Shown here: positions 20,745-29,588 of the stretch, piece by piece
Layout of the letters: the number at the start of each line of letters is the position of its first letter
Numbering within the stretch: position 1 is the first letter of the stretch
Assembly (NCBI GenBank): GCA_021648085.1
Contig: JAKITS010000001.1
Span: 746,759 to 810,758, forward strand
DNA from: Candidatus Magasanikiibacteriota bacterium
Lineage (GTDB): Bacteria > Patescibacteriota > Patescibacteriia > Magasanikbacterales > UBA922
DNA length: 64,000 nucleotides
Direction of reading: 5' to 3'
Translations under genes and position numbers: made by a program
The notes under the pieces: generated by a model
What the model was told of the DNA's origin: nothing
Database searches by the model: none
What the model saw: the letters and a program-made list of their open reading frames with translations, nothing else

Positions 20745-20933
20745 TTGACTCTGAATTCCCGATCGGGATCGGGAATGACAAAAGGTTTATTGCGTCATGT
20801 TGAGCGGAACGAAGTGGAGTCGAAATATCTCGGGATTGTATCATTAGAACTTTGAATATTTTATGTTTTGGTTAAATTGCCACGAGATCCATTCGACTAC
20901 ATTCCGCTTTGCTCCATTTCGCTCAGGATGACG
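20745..20933. repeat. Family C half-site plus an A/B REPIN (20793-20933) with an expanded B loop
   Basis: attcccgatcgggatcgggaatgaca and cgtcatgttgagcggaacgaagtggagtcg...tcgctcaggatgacg. Confidence 0.9.
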
Positions 20934-21064
20934 TGTAGGAAAAGCAGATTATGCAGATTAAGTAGGAGGTGACTTTCAACTTTATGAACCTTACAAACTT
21001 TTAACTATTTTTAAACCATTAGTCAGCCCTTTTACAAGCTGACTAATAGACCACGACAAGATGA

Positions 21065-21235
21065 TTAGTTCGAATAAGCTTCGCAAAATTGAGAATTTGC
21101 GGCTACACACTCCTTGAAATGTTTACGAGAAATGTGTTCTGACTTTTTCCCAATATTAAAATGGGAAACCGGTCTGTGATAACCCATTACGCGGGTCCAA
21201 ACTTCACAGCGAGTCCTTTCTTCGTTGCTAGGCAT
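21065..21235 (-). CDS. Separate glycyl-radical-loop polypeptide of class III RNR (split NrdD C-terminus)
   Basis: MPSNEERTRCEVWTRVMGYHRPVS..NIGK.SE carries the RVxGY glycyl-radical motif that the large ORF lacks. Confidence 0.88.
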   Translation of the reverse strand: MPSNEERTRCEVWTRVMGYHRPVSHFNIGKKSEHISRKHFKECVAANSQFCEAYSN

Positions 21236-21245
21236 AAGCTTTATT

Positions 21246-21404
21246 GGAGTCTCTGATAAATATACCACCTACTACAATCTCTAAATTTTGACTAGGACTT
21301 CAAGAAAAAATATTTCCGAAGCTAAAGCTGGGCAAAGATTTTTTCTTTTTGTCTCGCTCAAAATTTAAAGATTTCGCTACGATGTTACACTTATCAGAGA
21401 CTCC
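21246..21404. mobile_element. Family E long palindromic element between the two nrdD parts
   Basis: Perfect 14-bp IR ggagtctctgataa/ttatcagagactcc; core gacttcaagaaaa...ttttcttttgtctcgctcaaaattt shared with the 16259 and 55979 copies. Confidence 0.7.
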
Positions 21405-21436
21405 TTAATTAATTAATAAATAAATTTATCTTATTT

Positions 21437-23557
21437 TTACTTCTCACTTTCTGTATTCAAATATTTTTCTCTAAAATCTCCGTCCAATCTATTTACCTCC
21501 TGTTCTATTCCCAATTCTTTATCACACTTTGGACAAAAATCATATTCTCCTGTCAAATATCCATGCTTTGGACAAACAGAAAATGTTGGTGTAATTGTGA
21601 TATAAGGAAGTTTGAAATTAGTTAGAATTCTTTTTACCAGAGACTTACAAGCACTGGCTTCACCTATCCTCTCATTCATATAACAATGCAAAACAGTTCC
21701 TCCGGTATATTTGGTCTGAAGTTCATCTTGAAGTTGCAGAGCCTCAAACAGATCGTCTGTATAACCAACTGGAAGCTGGGAAGAGTTTGTATAATAAGGT
21801 GCATCTTCTGTACCAGACTGTAAAATTCCTGGAAACCTCTTTTTATCTTCTTTTGCAAATCTATAAGTTGCCCCTTCTGCCGGTGTTGCCTCCAAATTAT
21901 ACAAATTTCCAGTTTCTTCTTGGTAAACCATCAATTTTTCACGCATATAATCCAAAATTTCTTTTGCAAATTCTTGACCAAATGGAGTCGCAATATTTTC
22001 TTTGTCATCTGTAAAATTTCTTATAGCTTCATTCATTCCATTTACACCAATTGTAGAAAAATGATTATTTAAATGTCCCAAATAACGTTTTGTAAAAGGA
22101 AATAATCCTCTGTCTATCCATTTTTGAATCTCAACTCTTTTTATCTCTAAAGTTCCTTTGCCAAGTTCCATTAAATATCCTATTCTATTTAGAAATCCTT
22201 CTTTGTCACCTTTGAAATTGTATCCAATTCTAGACATTGGAATTGTCACGACACCAATTGAACCTGTCATCTCGGCAGAACCAAACAAACCACCTCCACG
22301 CTTTTTTAACTCTTTTAAATCCAACTGCAAACGACAACACATAGAACGCACGTCAGAAGGATTCAAGTCTGAATTTATAAAATTTTGAAAATAAGGAGTT
22401 CCATACTTTGCAGTCATTTCAAAAAGCTCCAAAGTTTGTGGATCATCCCAATTAAAATCCTTTCCAATATTATAAGTAGGGATTGGAAATGTGAAAGTTC
22501 TACCTTTTGAATCTCCCGCTATCATTACAGCAATAAAAGCTTTATTTACAACGTCCATTTCTTTTTGCAATTCTCCAAATTTATATTGAAATGGTTTTCC
22601 ACCCAAATCCAATCTTTTCTCTTTCAAATCATTTGGGCAAACCCAATCCATTGTAATATTTGTAAATGGAGTTTGTGTTCCCCACCTAGACGGCACATTT
22701 AAATTGAAAACAAATGATTGTAAATTTTGATAAACATAATTATAAGTTTTATCATCTATATATTTTTGTCTTTCTATCTCTGTCGCAAAAGATGCATTTA
22801 CTTTTTGTAATTCTTCTTCAATTTCCATTGAATATTTTTTTACATAAGGCGCCATATAAGTATCGAAGCTAGAAAATGCCTGTGCTCCTGCCCACTCATT
22901 TTGAAGTGTTCCCAGAAAATTTACCATTTGCGCTACAGCGGAACTCAAATGTTTTGGCGGTTTTGACTCTACTTTGTCTGGAACGCCGTTGAAACCTTCC
23001 TCCAAAATTGCTCTCAAACTCCAACCAGCACAATATCCTGAAAACATATCTAAATCATGAATATGCATATCACCATTTCTATGTGCTGATCCTGCTTCTT
23101 CTGAATAAATATGTGAAAGCCAATAGTTTGCTGTCACTTTTCCTGCTGTGTTCAAAATCATTCCTCCCAAAGAATACCCTTGGTTTGAGTTTGCGTTTAC
23201 TCTCCAATCCAATTTTCCCAAATACTCACTTATTGTTTTTCCAACCTCCACAACAACATTTCTATCTTCTCTAATTTCTGAATGTTTGTTTCTATATAAA
23301 ATATATGCCTTTGCTGTAGTTGCGTGCCCACTTTCAATTAAAACTTTTTCCACAACATCCTGCACATCCTCCACTGTTGGAATTGCACCATCGAACTTTT
23401 CTGACACCATATTTACAACTAAACTTGTTATGTTTTTAACCTGCGACATATCAGTACCGCCAACAGCTTCCACCGCTTTTGAAATAGCTTTTTCTATCTT
23501 TTGTGGATTAAAATCTACAATACTTCCATTCCTTTTTTGCACCTTAAACACAGCCAT
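21437..23557 (-). CDS. nrdD: Class III (anaerobic) ribonucleoside-triphosphate reductase, large part, with ATP cone
   Basis: ATP cone V.KRNG; HIHDL; RSMCCRL; NLEATPAE; YTGGT; Zn site CPKHGY...CPKC. Confidence 0.95.
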   Translation of the reverse strand: MAVFKVQKRNGSIVDFNPQKIEKAISKAVEAVGGTDMSQVKNITSLVVNMVSEKFDGAIPTVEDVQDVVEKVLIESGHATTAKAYILYRNKHSEIREDRNVVVEVGKTISEYLGKLDWRVNANSNQGYSLGGMILNTAGKVTANYWLSHIYSEEAGSAHRNGDMHIHDLDMFSGYCAGWSLRAILEEGFNGVPDKVESKPPKHLSSAVAQMVNFLGTLQNEWAGAQAFSSFDTYMAPYVKKYSMEIEEELQKVNASFATEIERQKYIDDKTYNYVYQNLQSFVFNLNVPSRWGTQTPFTNITMDWVCPNDLKEKRLDLGGKPFQYKFGELQKEMDVVNKAFIAVMIAGDSKGRTFTFPIPTYNIGKDFNWDDPQTLELFEMTAKYGTPYFQNFINSDLNPSDVRSMCCRLQLDLKELKKRGGGLFGSAEMTGSIGVVTIPMSRIGYNFKGDKEGFLNRIGYLMELGKGTLEIKRVEIQKWIDRGLFPFTKRYLGHLNNHFSTIGVNGMNEAIRNFTDDKENIATPFGQEFAKEILDYMREKLMVYQEETGNLYNLEATPAEGATYRFAKEDKKRFPGILQSGTEDAPYYTNSSQLPVGYTDDLFEALQLQDELQTKYTGGTVLHCYMNERIGEASACKSLVKRILTNFKLPYITITPTFSVCPKHGYLTGEYDFCPKCDKELGIEQEVNRLDGDFREKYLNTESEK

Positions 23558-23594
23558 AAGCTAGAGATTAGTAAATAAACAGTATTTCTATTAT

Positions 23595-23642
23595 ATACTA
23601 TATATAGTATATAAACCACATTTTAAACACTATATATAGTGT
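23595..23642. promoter_or_regulatory. Tandem NrdR boxes
   Basis: atactatatatagtat (23595-23610) and acactatatatagtgt (23627-23642): 16-bp palindromes 32 bp apart, upstream of nrdD. Confidence 0.85.
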
Positions 23643-23737
23643 CCAAAGGTATTTACTAGTATACATTAAAAAATAAATAACTTCAAAGTAGTTTAGTTTT
23701 TAGTTAGACTTAGCCGAAAAAAATGAAAAAATAAAAG

Positions 23738-23758
23738 TTATCCACCGTTTTATCCACA
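23738..23758. promoter_or_regulatory. Two DnaA boxes upstream of nrdD
   Basis: ttatccacc (23738) and ttatccaca (23750). Confidence 0.6.
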
Positions 23759-23781
23759 GTTAAAAAAAATTATAAAATTTA

Positions 23782-23900
23782 TGTCATATTGAGCGGAACG
23801 AAGTGGAGTCGAAATATCTCGATGCTGTATCATTAGAACTTTGAATATTTAAAACCTTATTATACACTCCCGAGATCCTTCGGCTTCGCTCAGGATGACG
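23782..23900 (+). repeat. A/B REPIN
   Basis: tgtcatattgagcggaacgaagtggagtcgaaatatctcg ... cgagatccttcggcttcgctcaggatgacg. Confidence 0.9.
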
Positions 23901-23981
23901 TGAATATTTTTTTCTGACTTTCTACTTTATAAACTTTACAAACTTTTAACTTTTTCATCTTTCCTGATAAACTATAGCCAT

Positions 23982-25094
23982 ATGAAAAAAAATAAAATAC
24001 TAATTATTTCCATCTCTGCTGGCACTGGTCATATTATGGCTGGCAACGCTTTGGAAAAAACTGCAAAAGAAAGTTTCAAAAATCTAGATGTAAAACATAT
24101 AGATATTGCAGACTTTATGCCAAAACCAATAAAAGCATTATCTGTAAATTCTTATGAGTTAATGGCGAAAAAAATGCCTGAGCTTTGGGGATTGCTTTAC
24201 GACAAAACAGACAATACCAAAGCGTCTACTCTATTAAATAACATATTAAAACTTTCAAAATATTTTTCTGTAAATCAATTTCTTTCGGAGATAAAAAAAA
24301 TAAATCCAGATTATATTATCTGCACACATTTTTTACCAGCATATTTTATAAATCATTCCCCAAAAAAAACTAAACCAGAATGCCCTTTGGCTATGGTTAT
24401 CACAGATTATGAACTGCACTCACTTTGGTTATCTAAAAATATCAGTCATTATTTTGTCGCAACAGACAAAATGAAAAAAAGTATAGAAAAAAAGTATATA
24501 AAAAATATAAAAATAACCGTGAGTGGAATTCCACTTCGTCCAGAATTTTACAAGAAAAAATCTGTAATAGCACTTAAAAAGAAACATAAACTACAAAAAG
24601 ATAACTTCACAATTCTAGTCTTGGCAGGAGGACACGGACTTATTAAAACAGATAAAATAGTTAAATTATTATCAAAAACTTCTTTGGATTTAAATATAAT
24701 AGCGGTTGCTGGAAAAAATTTAAAACTAAAAAATAATTTAAAAAAGATAAAAACAACAAAAGGTAAGGAAATAAAAGTAATGGGTTGGGTAAACAAAATA
24801 GACGAGTTAATAAGAATATCTGATATTGTAATAACAAAACCCGGAGGAATTAGTGTTTCAGAATGTATTGCTTTAAATAAGCCTATTTTTGCAGTACGTC
24901 CAATACCAGGTCAAGAAGAAAAGAATGTGCAGTTTATACAAAAAAACAAACTAGGTAAGCTAATAGGCACACCTGAAGACCTTTTGCAATATATACGCGC
25001 CTTCAAAACAGGAAAGCTGAAATTCTCAAAGCTCAAAGTTCAAAACTCTTCCAAAATAATACTCGGAGAAATAAAAAAGGAGATGAATCGCTAG
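23982..25094 (+). CDS. UgtP/MGDG-synthase-like glycosyltransferase (GT28)
   Basis: S.S.GTGH, PDYIICTHF, VITDY..H..W, SGIP.R, ITKPGG.SVSE and PIPGQEE.N. Confidence 0.9.
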   Translation: MKKNKILIISISAGTGHIMAGNALEKTAKESFKNLDVKHIDIADFMPKPIKALSVNSYELMAKKMPELWGLLYDKTDNTKASTLLNNILKLSKYFSVNQFLSEIKKINPDYIICTHFLPAYFINHSPKKTKPECPLAMVITDYELHSLWLSKNISHYFVATDKMKKSIEKKYIKNIKITVSGIPLRPEFYKKKSVIALKKKHKLQKDNFTILVLAGGHGLIKTDKIVKLLSKTSLDLNIIAVAGKNLKLKNNLKKIKTTKGKEIKVMGWVNKIDELIRISDIVITKPGGISVSECIALNKPIFAVRPIPGQEEKNVQFIQKNKLGKLIGTPEDLLQYIRAFKTGKLKFSKLKVQNSSKIILGEIKKEMNR

Positions 25095-25200
25095 GCTTTG
25101 TCTGCTTGATAAATCATTTATTTTGTTCGCTTGGATTAGAAAGAAAAAATAACAAAACAAAAAAAGAACTTTCTGAAAAGTTCTTTTTTTGTTTTCAACA

Positions 25201-25436
25201 CGTCATATTGAGCGGAGTGAAACGGAGTTGAAAATCAAAGTTCACGTCATATTGAGCGGAACGGAGTGGAGTCGAAATATCTCGATGCTGTATTATTAGA
25301 ACTTTGAATATTTTATGTTTTGGTAATACTGTCCCGAGATCCATTCGACTCCATTCCGCTTTGCTCCATTTCGCTCAGGATGACGTTATGAAAGGTGATA
25401 CTATCTCGAGATCCTTCGGCTTCGCTCAGGATGGCG
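25201..25436 (+). repeat. REP array A-A-spacer-B(expanded)-B
   Basis: Two cgtcatattgagcgga starts (25201 and about 25245) and two gctcaggatg ends. Confidence 0.9.
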
Positions 25437-25539
25437 TTATGGAATAATAAATTAACAAATAAGCAGATTAACCTAAAGAAACAAAAAAGAACCTCTAAAA
25501 GATTCTTTTTGTTTAAATTCTATTTAATTTATTACCCCA

Positions 25540-25839
25540 TTAAACCAAAGCCTCAAAAACAAAAGTTGTAATAGCGTAAGCGCTCAAGATTATAAATAAT
25601 CCTATTATTGAAGACATTAAAATCTTTTTTGCTTTTCCCACTTTCTCTTCATTTCCTGCAGAAGTCATCCACAAAAATCCACTATAAATAATAAGAATTA
25701 CAAATACTATTCCAAGTAAACCCAAAGCAACTTGAACAACCTGCCCAACTATTTGTCCTATACTTGCGTTAGATAATCCTGTTCCGCCGACAGCTTGGTC
25801 CAAAACAGAACTTGCATCTTTTATATTACTATTTGGCAT
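25540..25839 (-). CDS. TrbC/VirB2-like (CPR T4SS-type) pilin
   Basis: Two TMs around YSGFLWMTSAGNEEKVGKAKKIL..IIGL.II.SAY. Confidence 0.85.
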   Translation of the reverse strand: MPNSNIKDASSVLDQAVGGTGLSNASIGQIVGQVVQVALGLLGIVFVILIIYSGFLWMTSAGNEEKVGKAKKILMSSIIGLFIILSAYAITTFVFEALV

Positions 25840-25842
25840 ATA

Positions 25843-26517
25843 TTATTTAGCTAAACAAGAATATTCAGCACCAATATATGTTTTACAATCATCCCTCCCT
25901 ATAACACAAGGTTGGGTAGTTTCACACCTATATTTATTATAAATTTCACCTCTATCTGTACAAACTTTTTCTGCTTCTGTTATTGGAGTTTCAGTTCTTA
26001 TAATACTTTTACAAACACCATTAGGAGAGGTTCCTAAAACACAAAGAGAATCAATACATGTTTCACCAGAAGAACAATCTGAATTTTCTACACAAAATTC
26101 ATCAGCAAAAGGAAGATTGTTTATATTACCCCCTCCACCACCCACTCGCCCATCCAAACTACTAAAAATAAAACTAGTCAAAGCGTAAGATGCAAATACA
26201 ATTATAAGACCAATTACAGCTGCAATAATTGTATCTTTTGCTTTGTTTACAATGTCTTCTTTTCCGCGTGCGGTCATCCAAAGAAATCCACCGTAAACCA
26301 TTAAAATAAAAAATACAACTCCCACCAAAGAAAGTGCGCTTCCTATAATATTTCCCACCAAAGCTGTAAGATCGCTATTTCCTGCAAGTCCAGCGGCACT
26401 AGCAGTTTTGCTCAGCCCATAATCATCTGCCAAAACCAAAACTGGTGCAAACAAAATTGCACTAGCTCCAAACAAAGTCAAAAATTTTCTTGATAAAAGT
26501 TTACTTATTTTTTTCAT
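25843..26517 (-). CDS. TrbC/VirB2-like pilin with a C-terminal Cys-rich extension
   Basis: YGGFLWMTARGKED.V.KAKD; tail with many Cys residues. Confidence 0.85.
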   Translation of the reverse strand: MKKISKLLSRKFLTLFGASAILFAPVLVLADDYGLSKTASAAGLAGNSDLTALVGNIIGSALSLVGVVFFILMVYGGFLWMTARGKEDIVNKAKDTIIAAVIGLIIVFASYALTSFIFSSLDGRVGGGGGNINNLPFADEFCVENSDCSSGETCIDSLCVLGTSPNGVCKSIIRTETPITEAEKVCTDRGEIYNKYRCETTQPCVIGRDDCKTYIGAEYSCLAK

Positions 26518-26542
26518 AATTTTAATAAAAACAAAATTTTTA

Positions 26543-26872
26543 TGTCATCCTGAGCGACAGCCGAAGGATCTCGGGAAAGCATCACAAGGTTTTAAATATT
26601 CAAAGTTTTAATGTTCTTGAATCGAGATATTTCGACTCCACTTCGTTCCGCTCAATATGACGTGACTGAATTTTGTCATTCTCAGCGGGAAAACATGATT
26701 AAAATACACGTCATCCTGAGCGAAGTCGAAGGATCTCGGGAAAGCATCACAAGGTTTTAAATATTCAAAGTTTTAATGTTCTTGAATCGAGATATTTCGA
26801 CTCCACTTCGTTCCGCTCAATATGACGTGACTTAAAAAACGTTATTCTAAATTCACTTCGCTCAATATGACA
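26543..26872 (-). repeat. Two near-identical REPINs in tandem plus a partial A site
   Basis: gtcatcctgagcga...cgctcaatatgacg at about 26543-26662 and 26708-26827. Confidence 0.9.
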
Positions 26873-27032
26873 TAATTAATTTTAATAGAAACAAAATTTT
26901 TAATATTTTGCCGATATACAGCAAAATATTAAAAAGTTCATTCTGGGGCTACAGCACAATACGATTTCACTTGAAGTGATATTGTGCCGTAGCCCTAAAG
27001 ACGAGTTTCCCCGCCTCTTTCCTTTTTATTTA

Positions 27033-27455
27033 TTATAGATAACCTGAAACATCAGCATTTGAACCTGTCGCAGTCGATAATTGTGCGATTACAAATGTAG
27101 CAAGTGCCCATGCACTCATAATAATTGCCAAACCTATAATACCAGAAAAAATGATTTTCTTTGCTTCTCCAACTTTTTCTTCACTTCCACCAGCAGTCAT
27201 CCATTTAAATCCACCCATTAGTATAATCACTACAGCGACAACACCAAGCAGACTTAAAGCAATATTGATAACACTAGCAATAGTTGTTTGGATCGATTCA
27301 CTTCCCAAACTACCGGCTAGTCCAGTTTCAACCTCTTCCAAACCAAAAGTATCCTGAGCGAAAACTACAGGTGCCATAGCAAAACTGAAAGCAAATACTA
27401 CTATCATGGCTACAACTGCCTTTTTTTCTATTAACTTTACTATTAATTTATTCAT
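27033..27455 (-). CDS. TrbC/VirB2-like pilin, probable major subunit
   Basis: Strong SD GGGAGGTG before ATG 27455; signal peptide; GGFKWMTAGGSEEKV.EAKK. Confidence 0.87.
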   Translation of the reverse strand: MNKLIVKLIEKKAVVAMIVVFAFSFAMAPVVFAQDTFGLEEVETGLAGSLGSESIQTTIASVINIALSLLGVVAVVIILMGGFKWMTAGGSEEKVGEAKKIIFSGIIGLAIIMSAWALATFVIAQLSTATGSNADVSGYL

Positions 27456-27520
27456 TGTTTTCACCTCCCTTCCTTTTTTGGATATTGTACATAATTTAAT
27501 TTATAAAAATTATTTTTAAT

Positions 27521-28396
27521 TTAAAGTAAACAAGATACTAAAACGGTCTGTTCCCACAAAGACAAAACATCTCCATTTATAAGCTCCTTAATCCTTTCTA
27601 GATCTAAATAATCCACTACACATATTACAACATCAGAATCAACAGTCACACCACTATAATCACCAGCATAACAACTTTCTGCTTTTTTAATCTCTTGTGA
27701 TGTTGGTTTTCTTGTTGCATTTTTAATTTCTTCTGCTTCAGCTCCTCCAATTTCATTGGATACACAAGTTATAAGAGAAGACATTGATATATTTAAAGAT
27801 TTTTCTTCATTTTTTTTACTATTTCCCTCTCTTGTTTTACAACAAACAATGTTATTTCCACCTTTACACAAATTTACTTTACATGTATTTGGATTTTGTT
27901 CACACAAACCTCTATCCAAATCTACATCTTCAAAAGCTAAACTAGGCAAGTCGCATTCTCCTATATTCCTACAAGAAAACCCATCTCCAATGTCTTTACA
28001 GACAAGTTCTGGATTATTACCACCACCATTTAAAGAATCGCCAGTAATTCCAGATAATACCATATTAAGTATAGCATAACTAGAAAAAATAATGAAAAGT
28101 CCAACAACTGCATAAATCATAGTATTCCAACCCTTTTTTATCTTTTCTTGGTTGCCAGCAGAGGTCATCCACAAAAAACCACCATACATAAAAACAGCCA
28201 AAGTGACAGAACCTACAACACCCAAAGCAACCTTTACCCCACCTCCCAAAATTGTATTTAAATCTGTTCCTGCACCAATTGGATTTTCCAATTTAACTAT
28301 TTCTCCAGCTTGTGCAAAAACCTTATCTATATTTAAAAATAAACCAAAAATAGTAAAACTTATAAATGTGTATATTTTTTTAAAATCTTTTTTCAT
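27521..28396 (-). CDS. TrbC/VirB2-like pilin with a Cys-rich extension
   Basis: LENPIG; YGGFLWMTSAGNQEKIKKG; Cys-rich C-terminal part. Confidence 0.85.
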   Translation of the reverse strand: MKKDFKKIYTFISFTIFGLFLNIDKVFAQAGEIVKLENPIGAGTDLNTILGGGVKVALGVVGSVTLAVFMYGGFLWMTSAGNQEKIKKGWNTMIYAVVGLFIIFSSYAILNMVLSGITGDSLNGGGNNPELVCKDIGDGFSCRNIGECDLPSLAFEDVDLDRGLCEQNPNTCKVNLCKGGNNIVCCKTREGNSKKNEEKSLNISMSSLITCVSNEIGGAEAEEIKNATRKPTSQEIKKAESCYAGDYSGVTVDSDVVICVVDYLDLERIKELINGDVLSLWEQTVLVSCLL

Positions 28397-28454
28397 ATTT
28401 ATTTAAAACAATTTTTTTTATTATACCAACTTTTTTTCATATAACATATTTAGT

Positions 28455-28709
28455 CAAGTGGAGTGGAGTTGAAAATCAAAGCTCACGTCATATTGAGCAA
28501 AACGCAGTGGAGTCGAAATATCTCGATGCTGTATTATTAGAACTTTGAATATTTAAAACCTTATTATACACTCCCGAGATCCTTCGACTTCGCTCAGGAT
28601 GACGTGATGGAAAGGTGATACTATCCCGAGATCCTTCGGCTTCGCTCAGGATGACGTGATGGAAAGGTGATGCTATCCCGAGATCCTTCGGCTTCGCTCA
28701 GGATGACGT
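28455..28709 (+). repeat. REP array A'-A-spacer-B-B-B
   Basis: Three tandem B sites with about 52-bp period and near-identical linkers gatggaaa(a)ggtgat(a/g)ctatcc. Confidence 0.9.
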
Positions 28710-28828
28710 GATTTTTTAATCACACTATATTGAGCTCCACCTCATAAAATCAACGTATCTCAGGACTAAATTACAAATAATTAAATAAGATATTAACCTT
28801 CTTTTTGTCTCATGCTTTTCTATCCTAG

Positions 28829-29329
28829 CTATTTTATAACTCTAAATTCTCCGGTCACGCTTAATGCGTCCAAAATAAAATCTATCATCATATAAGCTCC
28901 AAAAGCTATTACCAATCCAACAACTGCTGCGACCATCACATTTTTTCCCTCTTTGAATTTTTCTGGATTTCCAAAAGATAAAATCATTTTAAAGCCACCA
29001 TAAATAAACATAGCAAAAGCTAAACCACCAATAATAGAAAAAAGGAACTGTCCAACTTTTATACCAAACTCCACCAAATCACTAACATCATCGCAATACT
29101 GTCCTTTTACATCTCTGGTAAGCGCACAGTCTGGAATTAATTTTGAACTTTTTGGTGGATTTTTTATAGTTTGTGGTGCTGTTGGGGTTGCTGGAGTTGT
29201 TGAAGTTGGAGTTGGGGTTGTTGTAGTAGTAGGTGCGCCACTTACAACTAGAGGACTAAACAAAAATCCACCAATTATAAAACCTGGTAAAACCAACCAA
29301 ATTAAAAGTTTATTTTTAAAATTTTTCAT
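28829..29329 (-). CDS. TrbC/VirB2-like pilin with a Pro/Thr linker
   Basis: IYGGFKMILSFGNPEKFKEGK...VVGLVIAFGAY. Confidence 0.85.
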   Translation of the reverse strand: MKNFKNKLLIWLVLPGFIIGGFLFSPLVVSGAPTTTTTPTPTSTTPATPTAPQTIKNPPKSSKLIPDCALTRDVKGQYCDDVSDLVEFGIKVGQFLFSIIGGLAFAMFIYGGFKMILSFGNPEKFKEGKNVMVAAVVGLVIAFGAYMMIDFILDALSVTGEFRVIK

Positions 29330-29360
29330 AATAATATTTTATGTTCTAATGTTTTTGAAT

Positions 29361-29533
29361 CGAGATCCGTTCGACTCCACTTCGTTTCGCTCAATATGAC
29401 GTGAGTAAAAATACGTCATATTGAGTGGAGTGAAACGGAGTCGAAATATCTCGTGTTTACATCATTAGAACTATGAATATTTTATATTCTTGTGATATTG
29501 CCCCGAGATCCTTCAGCTTCGCTCAAGATGACG
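29361..29533. repeat. REP half-site plus A/B REPIN
   Basis: cgctcaatatgacg and cgtcatattgagtggagtgaaacggagtcg...gctcaagatgacg. Confidence 0.88.
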
Positions 29534-29588
29534 TGTTCTATTCCTAAATTTCTACTTTACAAACTTTATGAACTTTCAACTTTCTTTT

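Noticed and set aside
28574-28709. CRISPR-like tandem repeats of about 31 bp (also at 39114-39196)
   Set aside because: The linkers are near-identical rather than unique, the repeat is the dispersed REP B, and there are no cas genes in the window.
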